Below are positions 26,701-39,504 of a DNA stretch of 64,000 bases, piece by piece (the stretch's first letter is position 1; each line of letters begins with the position of its first letter). A program made the translations under genes and the position numbers. The stretch is from the NCBI GenBank assembly GCA_002269645.1, contig NIVC01000068.1, positions 186,001-250,000 of the forward strand. The letters run 5' to 3'. Source of the stretch: Macrostomum lignano (Eukaryota). The notes beneath the pieces were generated by a model. That model had not been told where the DNA came from and made no database searches. It saw only the letters and a program-made list of their open reading frames with translations.

Positions 26701-29700
26701 CCTGCTATTGATAGTAATAACATTGTTGCGACTGCGACTTTTGCTGGATGATTGTCCATTATTCTTTCTTTGGTTGGCACTTGGCGAATTAGTTAAACTT
26801 TCGTTACTTAATGTTGTGGTGTTGGTAGCAGTTTTCGAGCCACCGCGTGCCGAAGAGCTTGCCGGAGAAGACAGTCCAGCGTATGACGATAACCCACTAT
26901 CTTGGTGAACGTTGCGCAGTGGGGTACTCGCTTTACGGAGTGGCATACCTGGTGGCGTCTTAATCACTGGCAATTTTTCATTGCTTACGAGTACATCATC
27001 GCCTGCTGCTGATTTTGTGTAGACTCTGTGCTGTAGCACCCGCGCCGCTTGCTGCTGTGCCGGATTCGGGGTTGTGACGACGCTGTCGCACACGCACCAG
27101 CCGATGCGCTCGCAGAATGAGCGCAGTATTCTGCCAGCTGGCAAATTATAAACTGTCGGCATTTTCCGCTTTGGTACGGCGGCTGTCTTTAACGTTGGGC
27201 TCATTCTTATAGATTGCTGCGCTTTCTATGAAATTGCCAACCAAAGTTATCGGAACGCGATTCGAAACTTGCCGTCTTATTCACAGCTTGTTAGTTAGCT
27301 TGGCCATAAACAACTTCCTTCGTGTAGGTTAATAACTTGAATGCATGCTATTTATAGCTACATTGATTGCCCCAAAGTGAACGTGTTTAGTACATTTAGT
27401 CATATGTTGATATATGTGTAAAAGCTAAATTTTGGCTAAATTAAGAAAAATTTGTGCCTAAATTAAAGTGACCTACCTTTGGAACCAACCAATTGACGTT
27501 TATATTATGTTCATTTTCACCATTATTATTAATTACTACAGATAGTTGTGATTAAAGAATGAAATAAAAAAACTTAAATTAAAAAAATGTTCCTAAAGCG
27601 AATCGATTATTTACCTTAGCAACGCAAAGGATGCTAAGGCGCATCGATTGTTTACCTTAGCAACACAAATGATGCTAAAGCGCATCGATTGTTTACCTTA
27701 GCAACGCGAATAATGCCAAGGCGCATCGATTGTTTACCTTAGCAACGCAGAGGATGCTAAGGCGCATCGATTGTTTACCTTAGCAACACAAATGATGCTA
27801 AAGCGCATCGATTGTTTACCTTAGCAACGCAGAGGATGCTAAGGCGCATCGATTGTTTACCTTAGCAACACAAATGATGCTAAAGCGCATCGATTGTTTA
27901 CCTTAGCAACGCGAATAATGCCAAGGCGCATCGATTGTTTACCTTAGCAACGCGAATAATGCCAAGGCGCATCGATTGTTTACCTTAGCAACGCAGAGGA
28001 TGCTAAGGCGCATCGATTGTTTACCTTAGCAACACAAATGATGCTAAAGCGCATCGATTGTTTACCTTAGCAACGCGAATAATGCCAAGGCGCATCGATT
28101 GTTTACCTTAGCAACGCAAAGAATGCCAAAGCGAATCGATTGTTTACCTTAGCAACAGACCTTACCTCAGCTCGAATATTTATCATGGCAATAAAATATT
28201 TACAAATTCGAATTCGCAGATCGGCGCCTCAGCCGCAGTCCTCACCATCCGCTAGCCTGACTGCCAGCCAACTTGCCGTCGCCTGCGTCAAAGGCTGCAT
28301 CGAACCTGAACGAGCAAACAGCGTCCTGGCCGAGCTCAATCAGGCCCTGGGCAGCCTGCAGCTGGACTCCTACGTGCACCTGCTCTGGCTGGTTGTGCCG
28401 CCAGAATATCTGCCAGCTTCGTCGTCATCGTCAACGTCAGCGTCCTACGGCGACCTCGCCGGCCTGGCAGATTCGGCGCGCCGATTGCCGGCACTGTTGG
28501 ACTCGTTGGCGCCCGCTGAACGGCGCGCAATCGAAGCCTGCGCCGGCCTGGGCGAAGCCATGGCTATGCGGCTGGCGGCTGGCCGAGCGCCGACAGCTGA
28601 GCAGCTGGTTTGTTTCCTGGAATATCTGCCCGATTTTCCTGGGATTTGTTTCCTGGAATATCTGCCCGATTTTCCTGGGATTTGTTTCTTGGAATATCTG
28701 CCCGTTTTTCCTGGGATTTGTTTCTTGGAATATCTGCCCGATTTTCCTGGGATTTGTTTCTTGTAATATCTGCCCGATTTTCCTGGGATTCGTTTCTTGG
28801 AATATCTGCCCGTTTTTTCTGGGATTTGTTTCTTGGAATATCTGCCCGGTTTTCCTGGGATTTGTTTCTTGGAATATCTGCCCGTTTTTCCTGGGATTTG
28901 TTTCTTGGAATATCTGCCCGATTTTCCTGTGATTTGTTTCTTGGAATATCTGCCCGATTTTCCTGGGATTTGTTTCTTGGAATATCTGCCCGATTTTCCT
29001 GGGATTTGTTTCTTGGAATATCTGCCCGATTTTCCTGGGATTTGTTTCTTGGAATATCTGCCCGATTTTCCTGGGATTTGTTTCTTGGAATATCTGCCCG
29101 ATTTTCCTGGGATTTGTTTCTTGGAATATCTGCCCGATTTTCCTGGGATTTGTTTCCTCTATTTCAATAGAATAAAGATTTCTGTTTCTTGGGATGTGTA
29201 ACCTGTTTCCTAGAATGGCTACCCGTTTTCTTAGAATATGTACTCCGTTTCTTAGAATGGCTACTCTTTTTCTTGGAATATGTCGCCGGCTTTTTTCGAA
29301 TAGCTATAATCTTACCGAAATAAGTTAGTTTTACAATAATTTTTATGTAATAATTTCCTAAAAATCTATTTGATTTCTTGGAATCTTTACCTGATTTCCT
29401 GGAATCAATATACTAAAAATTATCTATCTGGTTTCCTGGAATCTCTACCTTGACTTCCCAAAAAATCTCTACCTTGTTTCCTGGAATTCCGCCTGATTTC
29501 CTGAAATTTCTACCTGATTTCCTGAAATTTCTACCTGATTTCCTGGAATCTCCACCTGATTTCCTGTTTTTTCTACCTGATTTTTAGAATCTCTACCTGA
29601 TTTCCTGGAATCTCTATCTAATTTCCCAGAATCTCTATCTGATTTCCTAGAATCTCTATCTGATTTCCTGGAGTTTCTACCTTATTTCCTGGAATCTCTA

Positions 29701-30923
29701 TCTGATTTCCTGGAATCTCTACCTGATTTCCTGGAATCTCTACCTGATTTCCTGGAATCTCTATCTTATTTCCTGAAATTTCTATCTTATTTCCTGGAAT
29801 TTCTACCTTATTTCCTCGAATCTCCGCTTGATTTTCTGGAATCTCTGCCGGATTTTCTCGAATCTCTGCACTACCTACTTTCCTAGAAATTTCTGAAATG
29901 TCTTTATCTACCTGTTTTATCAAATATTTACCCTTTTGCAACAGCTAGTATCCTCTTTACCCGAAGCTAAACTTTGATTATTTTTTTCCAATTTCTTTCC
30001 CCCGCCCGTCAGCCTCGCCTCCGTCGCGCCCAGCTCACTTTGGTGCTGCTCTGCCTTTGGCGTGGCGACTCCGTCTGGCGCGTTAGCGATCGGTTCAGCC
30101 TCACCAGGGGCTTCGTCCAGCAGCTGCTGACCTCCGCCGCTGCCACGGCCTCCGGGCTCGCCCAGTTTGTGCAGCCGTTCGACCAGTTGTGGGGCCTGCA
30201 GCGACTGTTGCCAGATTTTTCCCAGCGACTGGCGCACTGCGTATCTCCTGAGCTGCTGCCGCTGATGCAGCTGCCGGCTGTGCGGCGGGGCCGGTGAGTC
30301 TGGAATTCTCGAGTTGTCCACCCTCCCAGATCCTCAGGGATTAAGCTACCAGCCTCCCAGATCCTCAGGGATTAACCTACCAGCCTCCCAGATCCTCAGG
30401 GGTTAAGCTACCAGCCTCCCAGATCCTCAGGGGTTAAGCTACCAGCCTCCCAGATCCTCAGGGGTTAAGATACCAGCCTCGTTTATTACCAATGAGTGTC
30501 AGTCCCAAGGCGCAGAGATTGTACATGCCTGACCATGAGAAAGTTATGGGCGCTGTACACCCTGTGCGAGCGCGTGCCTTCGCTGGCTCTGGGCTGACTG
30601 CCGTCTTGATTTTGCCAAACTGCACCCGCAGGGCCCGCCAGCTGTACCAGGCGGGCTTCACCAGCCTGTCGAAGATCGCGGCGTCCAACGCCCGTGAGCT
30701 GTCGGCCGGAGTCGTCCATCTGCCAGTCGGTCAGGCCCGCCGCATGGTGGCCGCCGCCCGGATGTTGGTTCAAGATGCGGCCGAATCTTTGCAGTCTGAG
30801 GCTCGCGACCTACTCGACGGTGTCGCTGGCAAACTGCAGCCGCAGCCGCCCCAACCTGATGGCACTTTGACGCCGTTGAAGGCTGCTAATGGATCTTGCG
30901 ACGATTTGTTTGACTCTTCCTGA
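17713..30923 (+). CDS. HELQ: HELQ (HEL308/Mus301) Ski2-like 3'-5' DNA helicase, 9 exons, 1032 aa
   Basis: Exons 17713-18304, 19129-19565, 21150-21464, 22568-22708, 23246-23664, 24062-24295, 28220-28607, 30013-30293, 30632-30923; all GT-AG, phases consistent, 3099 nt. Motifs [64 protein letters not shown], then winged-helix/ratchet and HhH (ARQLYQAGF). No polymerase domain follows. Confidence 0.95.
18410..19055. repeat. Minisatellite, 24-bp unit AAGAATCGGCCATTGTCCACTTCT (HELQ intron 1)
   Basis: Tandem units read directly. Confidence 0.95.
19670..21020. repeat. Minisatellite, 23-bp unit ATAGACTATCCAGAGAATCGCCC (HELQ intron 2)
   Basis: Tandem units with an internal 368-bp higher-order duplication. 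Confidence 0.95.
21510..22400. repeat. Minisatellite, ~17-bp unit CCCAAGATCCCTATGAT with higher-order blocks (HELQ intron 3)
   Basis: Tandem units read directly. Confidence 0.93.
22765..23249. repeat. Minisatellite, 23-bp unit TTCCTCCCAATCTTCAGGCACAG (HELQ intron 4), last copy overlapping the exon 5 acceptor
   Basis: About 20 units, ending ...ccttcag|GCAC at 23245/23246. Confidence 0.95.
23685..24012. repeat. Minisatellite, 21-bp unit GTCAGATCTAGAGACT(AGCGA/GGTTA) (HELQ intron 5)
   Basis: Tandem units read directly. Confidence 0.93.
24377..25075. repeat. Degenerate 42-43-bp minisatellite with core GTTTACCTTAGCAAC (5' part of HELQ intron 6)
   Basis: Conserved core recurring at 42-43-bp intervals. 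Confidence 0.9.
25264..27204 (-). CDS. SUN-domain (Sad1/UNC-84) inner nuclear membrane protein, ~523 aa, nested antisense in HELQ intron 6
   Basis: Exon A 27204-26504: basic S/T-rich N-terminus and [18 protein letters not shown]. Intron AG|GCAAGT...catcaAG (26503-26135, phase 2). Exon B 26134-25264: open frame with coiled coil ([21 protein letters not shown]), then SUN motifs [56 protein letters not shown]. Probable 5'UTR intron 27476-27226 (AAG|GTAGGT...tttcatAG). Confidence 0.88.
27600..28155. repeat. 41-bp minisatellite with core GTTTACCTTAGCAAC and internal CCTTAGCA/TGCTAAGG stem (3' part of HELQ intron 6)
   Basis: Period measured from ATCGAT at 27602 and 27643. Confidence 0.93.
28608..29880. 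repeat. HELQ intron 7: 36-bp unit GATTTGTTTCTTGGAATATCTGCCCGATTTTCCTGG (28608-29157), then a related 21-bp unit TTTCCTGGAATCTCTACCTGA (~29375-29880)
   Basis: Tandem units; the first array starts at the donor GT. Confidence 0.93.
30322..30480. repeat. 31-bp minisatellite CCTCCCAGATCCTCAGGGATTAAGCTACCAG (HELQ intron 8)
   Basis: About 5 units; reverse complement of the array at 60155-60607. Confidence 0.93.
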
Positions 30924-30931
30924 GTATATTG

Positions 30932-31287
30932 GGATTCGAACCTAGGACCTTTCGAAATCAGAATTTTACAAATTTGACTAGCAGTTTATATCATAATCCT
31001 AATAAGCTTCGGATTCGAACCTAGGACCTTGCGAAATGAAAATTCCACTAATATAATAGCATTTTATCTCATAATCGTATTAATCCTAGGATTCGAACCA
31101 TTGTACGTTGCGAAATAGAAATTGAATAAAAAACATTTTCTTAACTTTAAGATTCGAACCTCGGACCCTTCTTCACTCTGGAATCGAGAGTAGGACCTTG
31201 AAAGTAAAAAAAGACGCGAACTTGAGACCTTACATAAAATTATTGGTGTACTTTCCATTCCAAACTTTTATCTTTTGGGATGCGAAC
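30932..31287 (-). repeat. Degenerate repeat carrying tRNA T-arm/B-box motifs (GGTTCGAATCC on minus)
   Basis: GGATTCGAACC at 30932, 31011 and 31089; variants at 31150, ~31180 and 31277. Confidence 0.75.
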
Positions 31288-31289
31288 CT

Positions 31290-31358
<69 letters not shown>
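31290..31358. repeat. (TCTG)n microsatellite
   Basis: Direct. Confidence 0.97.
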
Positions 31359-32805
31359 AGGACCGTGCGGAAGGAAATATAAATAAGTAGCGTTTATTTA
31401 TCACCCTATTCAGAATTTCGTAGGACCGTCACTAGCTGTAAGAAACAAAATTGCTTTGTTATTCTAAGCACGCTACATATCGGTGTCGGTGTGAAACATT
31501 AGCTATTAGTCTTTCATTGACTTTCTAATTCGAAAAAATCGCTTTAAACAATGGATTTTTGTTGTTAAAGCGTATCTTGTATGCAAGGAAAATGCAGGCA
31601 TTTGAAGCGTTACTCCAGTGCATTGAGTTATTACTCTTACTTATTTAAAATATTTGTCAGGTCTATTTCAGTCTTCTACGAGCGTATTATTTAAAGCAAT
31701 AACTTTGTGCACTTTTGCACCAACAATTTTCTGTCGCATTTTTGCTGTCAAATATGTGCTCTGATATTTAGGAGAAAGGTGCAGCCGTATTCATTTGCTC
31801 AACTTTTGTCAAAGCCAAGTTCTATAATTTGCTAAATTTGTAAGTTCATTAAAATTTCATAATTATTTAATTGCTGACAATGCACGGTAAAAAAGTCAGT
31901 TTTAAATATACACGAGAAGAATCCAACAAATTATTATGGTGATTTATAAATGCAACGTTAAAAGTTTTATTGCCTTACTTTAGAATTACTTTATCTTGTA
32001 CATACCGACCACGTGTACGTAGAATAATATTTTAATTGTGAAGACCATACAACTTTGTGTTTTAAATGAAGCGCATACATAGGCCTACATATGCTAAAAA
32101 TGTGAAATAAAAATTACGAACGTACGATATCAAATGGTGAAATTTATAATAAAAATGTATTTAAAATTATATCTTGAAACTATTTTGCATCCCACTACGT
32201 ACGCTCGTAAGCAAATGTAATTAAGAAATGCGCGTGCATCCGTGCAAAGCCTAAATTTTCCAATAAATTTCGGTTTATGGTATTACGCTTGGAATACCGT
32301 ATTTTATTTGCATGCACGAGACTGCAATGAAGTATTTGCTGAGTTGAACTGTATCATTGTGAACAAAGCGATAGCTCAGAAAACAATTCGAAACAAGTTA
32401 AATACTTACATAAGTATTATCGTGCATTTCAGTTCAGTGGTTTAAACAAAACAGTAATTATTTTTGCAATCTAACTTTTTAAAAGGGACTTTATTCAAAG
32501 ACGCGTTCAGATTAATTATTTTTTTTCACAGATCATTTAAACTCTACTGAAAACTATAAAGAGCGACAATATATTATACCATGATTTAAAATATTACACC
32601 ATTTATCGGTCAAGACAGTCGACTAGACATAAGACTGATAAAGCACATGACGTTTCGTCGGCAATTTAGTCTTTAACTTGTGTGCTTGATCGGATTTTCC
32701 CTTTCATCAAAACATCATGCAAAGTTTACGAGCATTACAAGTATAGTTATTTGATTTGCGAATTTAGATTTAAAGTTCATTCCTTCTCTTAATCGACATG
32801 CAATA

Positions 32806-34786
32806 ATGGCATCTAATTTTGGTCAATTTAATTTCGCCTCTTCCGTGTCACCATCAGTCTACCAGCAGCAAATTACAGAAGCAAATTACAGATGCTCCCT
32901 GGAATCAAAGCACGTTATTCTGTATAATTCGACATTTCCATTAAATGAAAGCTGTGATGTAATTAGAATTTTAGCATTCGGTCGAGTAAGTAATTGTAAA
33001 ATTGAAATTTTTGAAACATTTAGTATGGGAAAAATTCGCAAAATTGAGAAAATATCAAAAAAATAATACTTAATAGTTAAATAATTGTTATTTTTCATTT
33101 TTCAAATGAAATAATTGGACGTTTTGCATAAAACCTTTTTCAAAACTATCTAGTACTAAATTCAGAATTGTAATTAATTAATTCCACGATAATATGCGAG
33201 AAGCCTAAAGAATTATGGCGATTTCTTCCATTTTAAAGCTTAAATTGAGCTGATATACATTTTTTATTTCTTTTTTGAATTGGGATTATTCAAATTAATT
33301 ACAATTAATAAGCGTTAAACACAAGGAAAAAATAATCAAGAAATAATACTTGTAGGTTGATATACGATATAACAAAAAATTAACTTAAGTTATTTAAGTT
33401 TAGATTAACTTTTATATTTTGAGTAACCTTTAAAATATTTTAATATGGCAAACACATCACAATGCGATTTTTTATTTTTTAGAAAATCATTCGATTGTCT
33501 AGCAGTGAAATTGGTGACAAGCAGCAAGTTCGAGCTCAATTCGCCGTGTCAACTTCTACTCAGGCTGCAAAGGACCACGTGTACCACAGAGAGTGCGGTC
33601 GGACTTTGTACATATTTATTGTAAATATTTTTTATGTTAGAATAAGTCCATCTTTTGATTATTGTAAAAATTGAATGCAACAATTAAAATCATAACAAAC
33701 CCTTTTACAGCGCTCAAATGAAGACAGTCAACAGGAGAAACTGTCTATAGATTTCTTTTCTGTACTGGTTGGCACTCTTTTTGGCCTCCTTTTGCTCTTG
33801 CTGGTTTTCGGTCTGGTTTACAGAATACGTGAGTAGCTGTAATGGGATTCTGTAATGGGATGCTGTAATGGAATGCTGTAATGGGATGCTGTAATGGGAT
33901 TCTGTAATGGATGCTGTAATAGATGCTGTGTGCTGTAAGAGTAATGCTGTAACGGATACTGTAATGTAAGGAATGCTGTCAAATAGGTCAATCTCTCTAT
34001 ATGAGTTTTAACTACATCGTTATTCACTTTCAGGTGCAAAATTCTGCAACTCATCTGCACAAGAAGCTTTGCAACGCAAAGAAGATATGCACGAGGTGCG
34101 TCACGTGATGCAGTTTTCATTTCTGTCGAAAGCTTTAAAAAAAGAGACTCATTTAGGAGTTTTCAAATTTTTCCAGATCAAATCTCGAACACTATCGCCT
34201 GGTCTTTGCGGCGCTCTGACCGCTATTGATAATGGGATTGTGAGACAAACCGATGTAAGATGACCTTCCGCTTGTCCGGATTAACTGGACTTCAGTTTCT
34301 TGCGAATGTGTTTTGTCCCTTCTCTTAATACACCGCTAGAAAATATCTCCATTTCTAAAACATCCAATTCCTAAAATATCCCCATTCTTAAAATATCCTC
34401 ATTATTAAAACATCCCATTAATAAAATATCCCCATTTCTAGAACATCCCCATTCCTAGAATATCCCATTCCTAGAATATCCCCATTCCTAGAATATCCCC
34501 ATTCCTAGAACATCCCCATTCCTAGAATATCCCATTCCTAGAATATCCCCATTCCTAAAATATCCCCATTTCTAAAATATCCCTATTCCTAAAATATCCC
34601 CATTCCTAAAATATCCCATTCCTATAATATCCCATTCCTAAAATATCCCCATTCCTAGAATATCCCCTTTCCATTCCTACTGGTTTTTACTGTACTTTGC
34701 AGCTTTCGAATTCGGCTCATCAGCTTGCTGCTGGAGCTGCATCTGTGGAGACTCAGCTGATCGAGAAACAACGGGAGCTGCCACAG
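32806..34786 (+). CDS. Uncharacterised single-pass membrane protein, at least 6 exons, termini uncertain
   Basis: Phase-consistent GT-AG chain 32806-32985, 33483-33620, 33711-33828 (TM FFSVLVGTLFGLLLLLLVFGLVY), 34034-34095, 34177-34254, 34703-34786 = 220 codons without a stop. No signal peptide at ATG 32806; the frame stays open upstream to 32755. Candidate last exon 35462-35545. Confidence 0.55.
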
Positions 34787-35400
34787 GTGAGCAGAATCCC
34801 ACCCGGAATCCCATCCTCAATCTCCCAGAATCCCATCCTCAATCTCCCAGAATCCCATCCTAAATCTCCCAGAATCCCATCCTCAATCTCCCAGAATCGC
34901 ATCCTTAATCTCCCAGAATCCCATCCTCAATCTCCCAGAATCCCATCCTTAATCTCCCAGAATCCCATCCTCAATCTCCCAGAATCCCATCCTCAATCTC
35001 CCAGAATCCCATGAATCTCCCGGAATCCCATCAATCTCCCAGAATCCCATCAATCTCCCAGAATCCTTCCTCAATCTCCCAGAATCCCATCAATCTCCCG
35101 GAATCCCATCAATCTCCCAGAATCCAAAATCAATCTCCTAGAATCCAATCCTCAATCTCCCAGAATCCCATCAATCTCCCAGAATCCCATCAATCTCCCA
35201 GAATCCCATCAATCTCTCAGAATCCCATCAATCTCCCAGAATTCCATCAATCTCCCGGAATCCCATCAATCTCCCAGAATCCCATCAATCTTCCAGAATC
35301 CCATCCTCAATCTCCCAGAATCCCATTAATCTCCCAGAATCCCTTTAATCTCCCAGAATTCCATCAATCTCCCAACGTCCCATCCCTAATATCCTGTTAA
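34345..35400. repeat. Two intronic minisatellites: ~18-bp ATATCCCCATTCCTAGAA (34345-34670) and 19-22-bp AATCTCCCAGAATCCCATC (34793-35400)
   Basis: Tandem units on either side of the 34703-34786 exon. Confidence 0.9.
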
Positions 35401-35911
35401 TCTTCCAGAATTTTATTCCCAAGAGTTCGGCAGTTCAGAATAATCGCAAATAATTTCGTAGAAGCTTCCATTCCAATGGGATAAAAAGAGCCAACGCAAT
35501 GCAGAGTCCGCGTGCAGTTATCAGGGACATCGAAATCAATGTTAATCAAGTATTTGGATTAGAAACCCCAGCTGGTAAAGCTAAGAAGTAAATTAAAGGC
35601 GGACTCAGTATTTCCGCGAGGCTTGAGCAAATTTCCTTACTTATCTGCAGCAGTTGAGCTGTTAATGCAGTCAAACTCATTTGTGTCTCAACTGACGTTG
35701 GTCACCCAGTTCCATGCTTGGTAAATCATCATAGCTGTCTATAGAAGGCTTTTCCCAAATCCCAGTCTCGGATTTCGCCCTCAGATTTAATGCAAATGGC
35801 AGCGCTGAGTTGAAGCAGCTGGCTTGGTTTGATGGTTTTGAATTCAGGCCAGTGTTGCGCAACTGACAGCAGTCGCTATAGATATCCGATTCTCTGAGGG
35901 AATACTTTGAG

Positions 35912-36375
<464 letters not shown>

Positions 36376-37472
36376 TTCTCAGTGTCTCAAGGCCTTAGGA
36401 CTAAATGCATTAGTGTTTTAGTGTCAATAAATCAATCAGCCGCTAAAGTCTCTGCATCATGCAGCGGCAGAACCACTCCCCCAAAAGCCAGTCGCAAGCC
36501 TGTCTCACTCGTATCTGCCCAACCACCCCCCCCCCTCAGAGCGTCAGAAAAAAAGGCTTCCGGGGCTAAAAAAAGCCGTTGGTGAGCAGCTCAAACATCT
36601 TTGAGCAGGAGGAAAAAGCGAACCAAGCACTTCATCTCTTTATTTTTCTTTCTCGCTTGACAAAGAATATTTTCGTGCCGGTAGGCGCGTGTTAAGGGTG
36701 CTAAAAATGAGATTGATGGGACTGGCACTCCATATAGTTATGTATTCATATAAACTATAGTGAGAAATGTGCATTGAAGCGGAAATCAATGTTAGTTGAA
36801 GGGCTGAACACGATGGATGGTGTTATTGGAATGGATTGGTCACAATTAACCAACAATCTCGCAGACTAAACTGCCAGGTAACTAAGTTAATTTATCTCTG
36901 CTTTTGCCTTTGTCACTTCAGTTTTAGCATAGCAACGCAAATATTAAGGCACCATGTCCTTCCCAATTGAAAACAATATGCAAAAGCTGTGCGACGGGTT
37001 TGCCATCAAGAATCTAGGTTTAAATCTCCATGAATACGGTTTGTTCTATTCCAGATTCTAGATATAAATCTCCAGAAGGAAGGTCTTCTCGAGTTTCTTC
37101 TATTCCAGATTTCAAGTCTAAAACTCCATGAAACCTGAAAGGATCTCAGGGATCTCTTGGCTAAAAGCACCGGGCCCTTTCAATTTTAGCGCGGCATAAG
37201 AAATTTGACATAGAATGCCGTGTCAGAGAGGAGCTTTGCTTAACCGATTACTCTGCAGTTGCCTGCTTTCAAGCCTATAGCATTGCTGCTTAATGTGGCT
37301 CGCAGCGGCTTTTGATTAATTGCTGCTGCTACAGGGGTACTGATTTTCTGCTAGGGACAGTTGGGAATAAGTGATGACGGGAGCGGGGGGGGGATAAAAT
37401 ATCCCACGGAATTTCGAGCAGGCAAGTCATCTGACACTCTACCGCTACCTTTCAATAACTTATGAATGGATG

Positions 37473-37810
<338 letters not shown>

Positions 37811-38394
37811 GAGAGGTAGATGGATCGATAGATGGAGGATGAAAAAAATGACGGTATTTGAACTCCCCTTCCGGCCATAGACAAGCGGCAATCTCATTCG
37901 TGGAAAGCAACAATGCATCTATGCAGTCAAAGTAAGTTTCTGAATTATAGATAAGAAGAAGTCTTAAACGGCCTCTTCAGGTGGTAATTATCTCACACAG
38001 TTGTTAAAAATGCCAATAGTAAGTCTTGCCTACAGCCAGCTACTGTTTAATACCTGCAAGCATTTAATTGTATGCCTACGGGTGAATGGTTTGACAGATG
38101 ATGAAGTGTGCGGAAGCTGGGGCCCACAGGGAGATGTCGCAGAACTGGATTAACAAGTAAAAAAATTCAAAAAAGGAAAATGAAACGTGTCAGACTTCTG
38201 TGCTTGGATGAGTAATAAAGCATGAAATAATGAGTGGAGGAAATTGCATTTTAAACAATGGGCTTATGGCTTAAAGTTGGCGCTGACGGTAAAAATATGC
38301 GTAACCATATGGATTATGACTAATTGAAGTTAAATAGAATAAATATAATAATATAAAAACATCATGGAATAGAAAAGAGAAGAAAAGAATAGAT

Positions 38395-39161
38395 TAGAAT
38401 AGAATAGAATAGAATAGAATAGAATAGAATAGAATAGAATAGAATAGAATAGAATAGAATAGAATACAATAGAATAGAATAGAATAGAATAGAATAGAAT
38501 AGAATAGAATAGAATAGAATAGAATAGAATAGAATAGAATAGAATAGAATAGAATAGAATAGAATAGAATAGAATAGAATAGAATAGAATAGAATACAAT
38601 AGAATAGAATAGAATAGAATAGAATAGAATAGAATAGAATAGAATAGAATAGAATAGAATAGAATAGAATATAATAGAATAGAATAGAATAGAATAGAAT
38701 AGAATAGAATAGAATAGAATAGAATAGAATAGAATAGAATAGAATAGAATAGAATAGAATAGAATAGAATAGAATAGAATAGAATAGAATAGAATAGAAT
38801 AGAATAGAATAGAATAGAATAGAATAGAATAGAATAGAATAGAATAGAATAGAATAGAATAGAATAGAATAGAATAGAATAGAATAGAATAGAATAGAAT
38901 AGAATAGAATAGAATAGAATAGAATAGAATAGAATAGAATAGAATAGAATAGAATAGAATAGAATAGAATAGAATAGAATAGAATAGAATAGAATAGAAT
39001 AGAATAGAATAGAATAGAATAGAATAGAATAGAATAGAATAGAATAGAATAGAATAGAATAGAATAGAATAGAATAGAATAGAATAGAATAGAATAGAAT
39101 AGAATAGAATAGAATAGAATAGAATAGAATAGAATAGAATAGAATAGAATAGAATAGAATA
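38395..39161. repeat. (AATAG)n microsatellite
   Basis: Direct. Confidence 0.97.
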
Positions 39162-39504
39162 GCGCGTCTTAAGCTATAGCATAAAAGATCTGCTATAGAG
39201 CAGCAGAGTACATGTACTTCCAGCGACCCAAGAATAGCAATCTGCTATTAACTGTATAGTAGAAAGCAATCTGAACTGAAAAGCCATGAGAGCCTGTTGT
39301 TTGTCAAATTTGTCAAAACAATTTAATGCAAAGCAGTTTACAGAAACTATTCATGTAAATCTAAGAAGGTATTCTGATTCATTTAGTGGCTTTTTACATT
39401 TATTTACTCTGAAAGTTGACCAGTGAAGAACTAATTTGGATGCCGCAGAAACTTAGGGAATTTGATTTGGAAAAGACAAGAAACTTACAAAGAATATAGC
39501 ACAA

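Noticed and set aside
17713-30923. POLQ (polymerase theta) as the identity of the helicase gene
   Set aside because: The CDS stops after the HhH region at 1032 aa with no central or family-A polymerase domain; the motifs match HELQ.
30932-31100. Functional tRNA genes
   Set aside because: Only the T-arm/B-box is recognisable; no acceptor stem, D-arm/A-box or anticodon arm could be folded.
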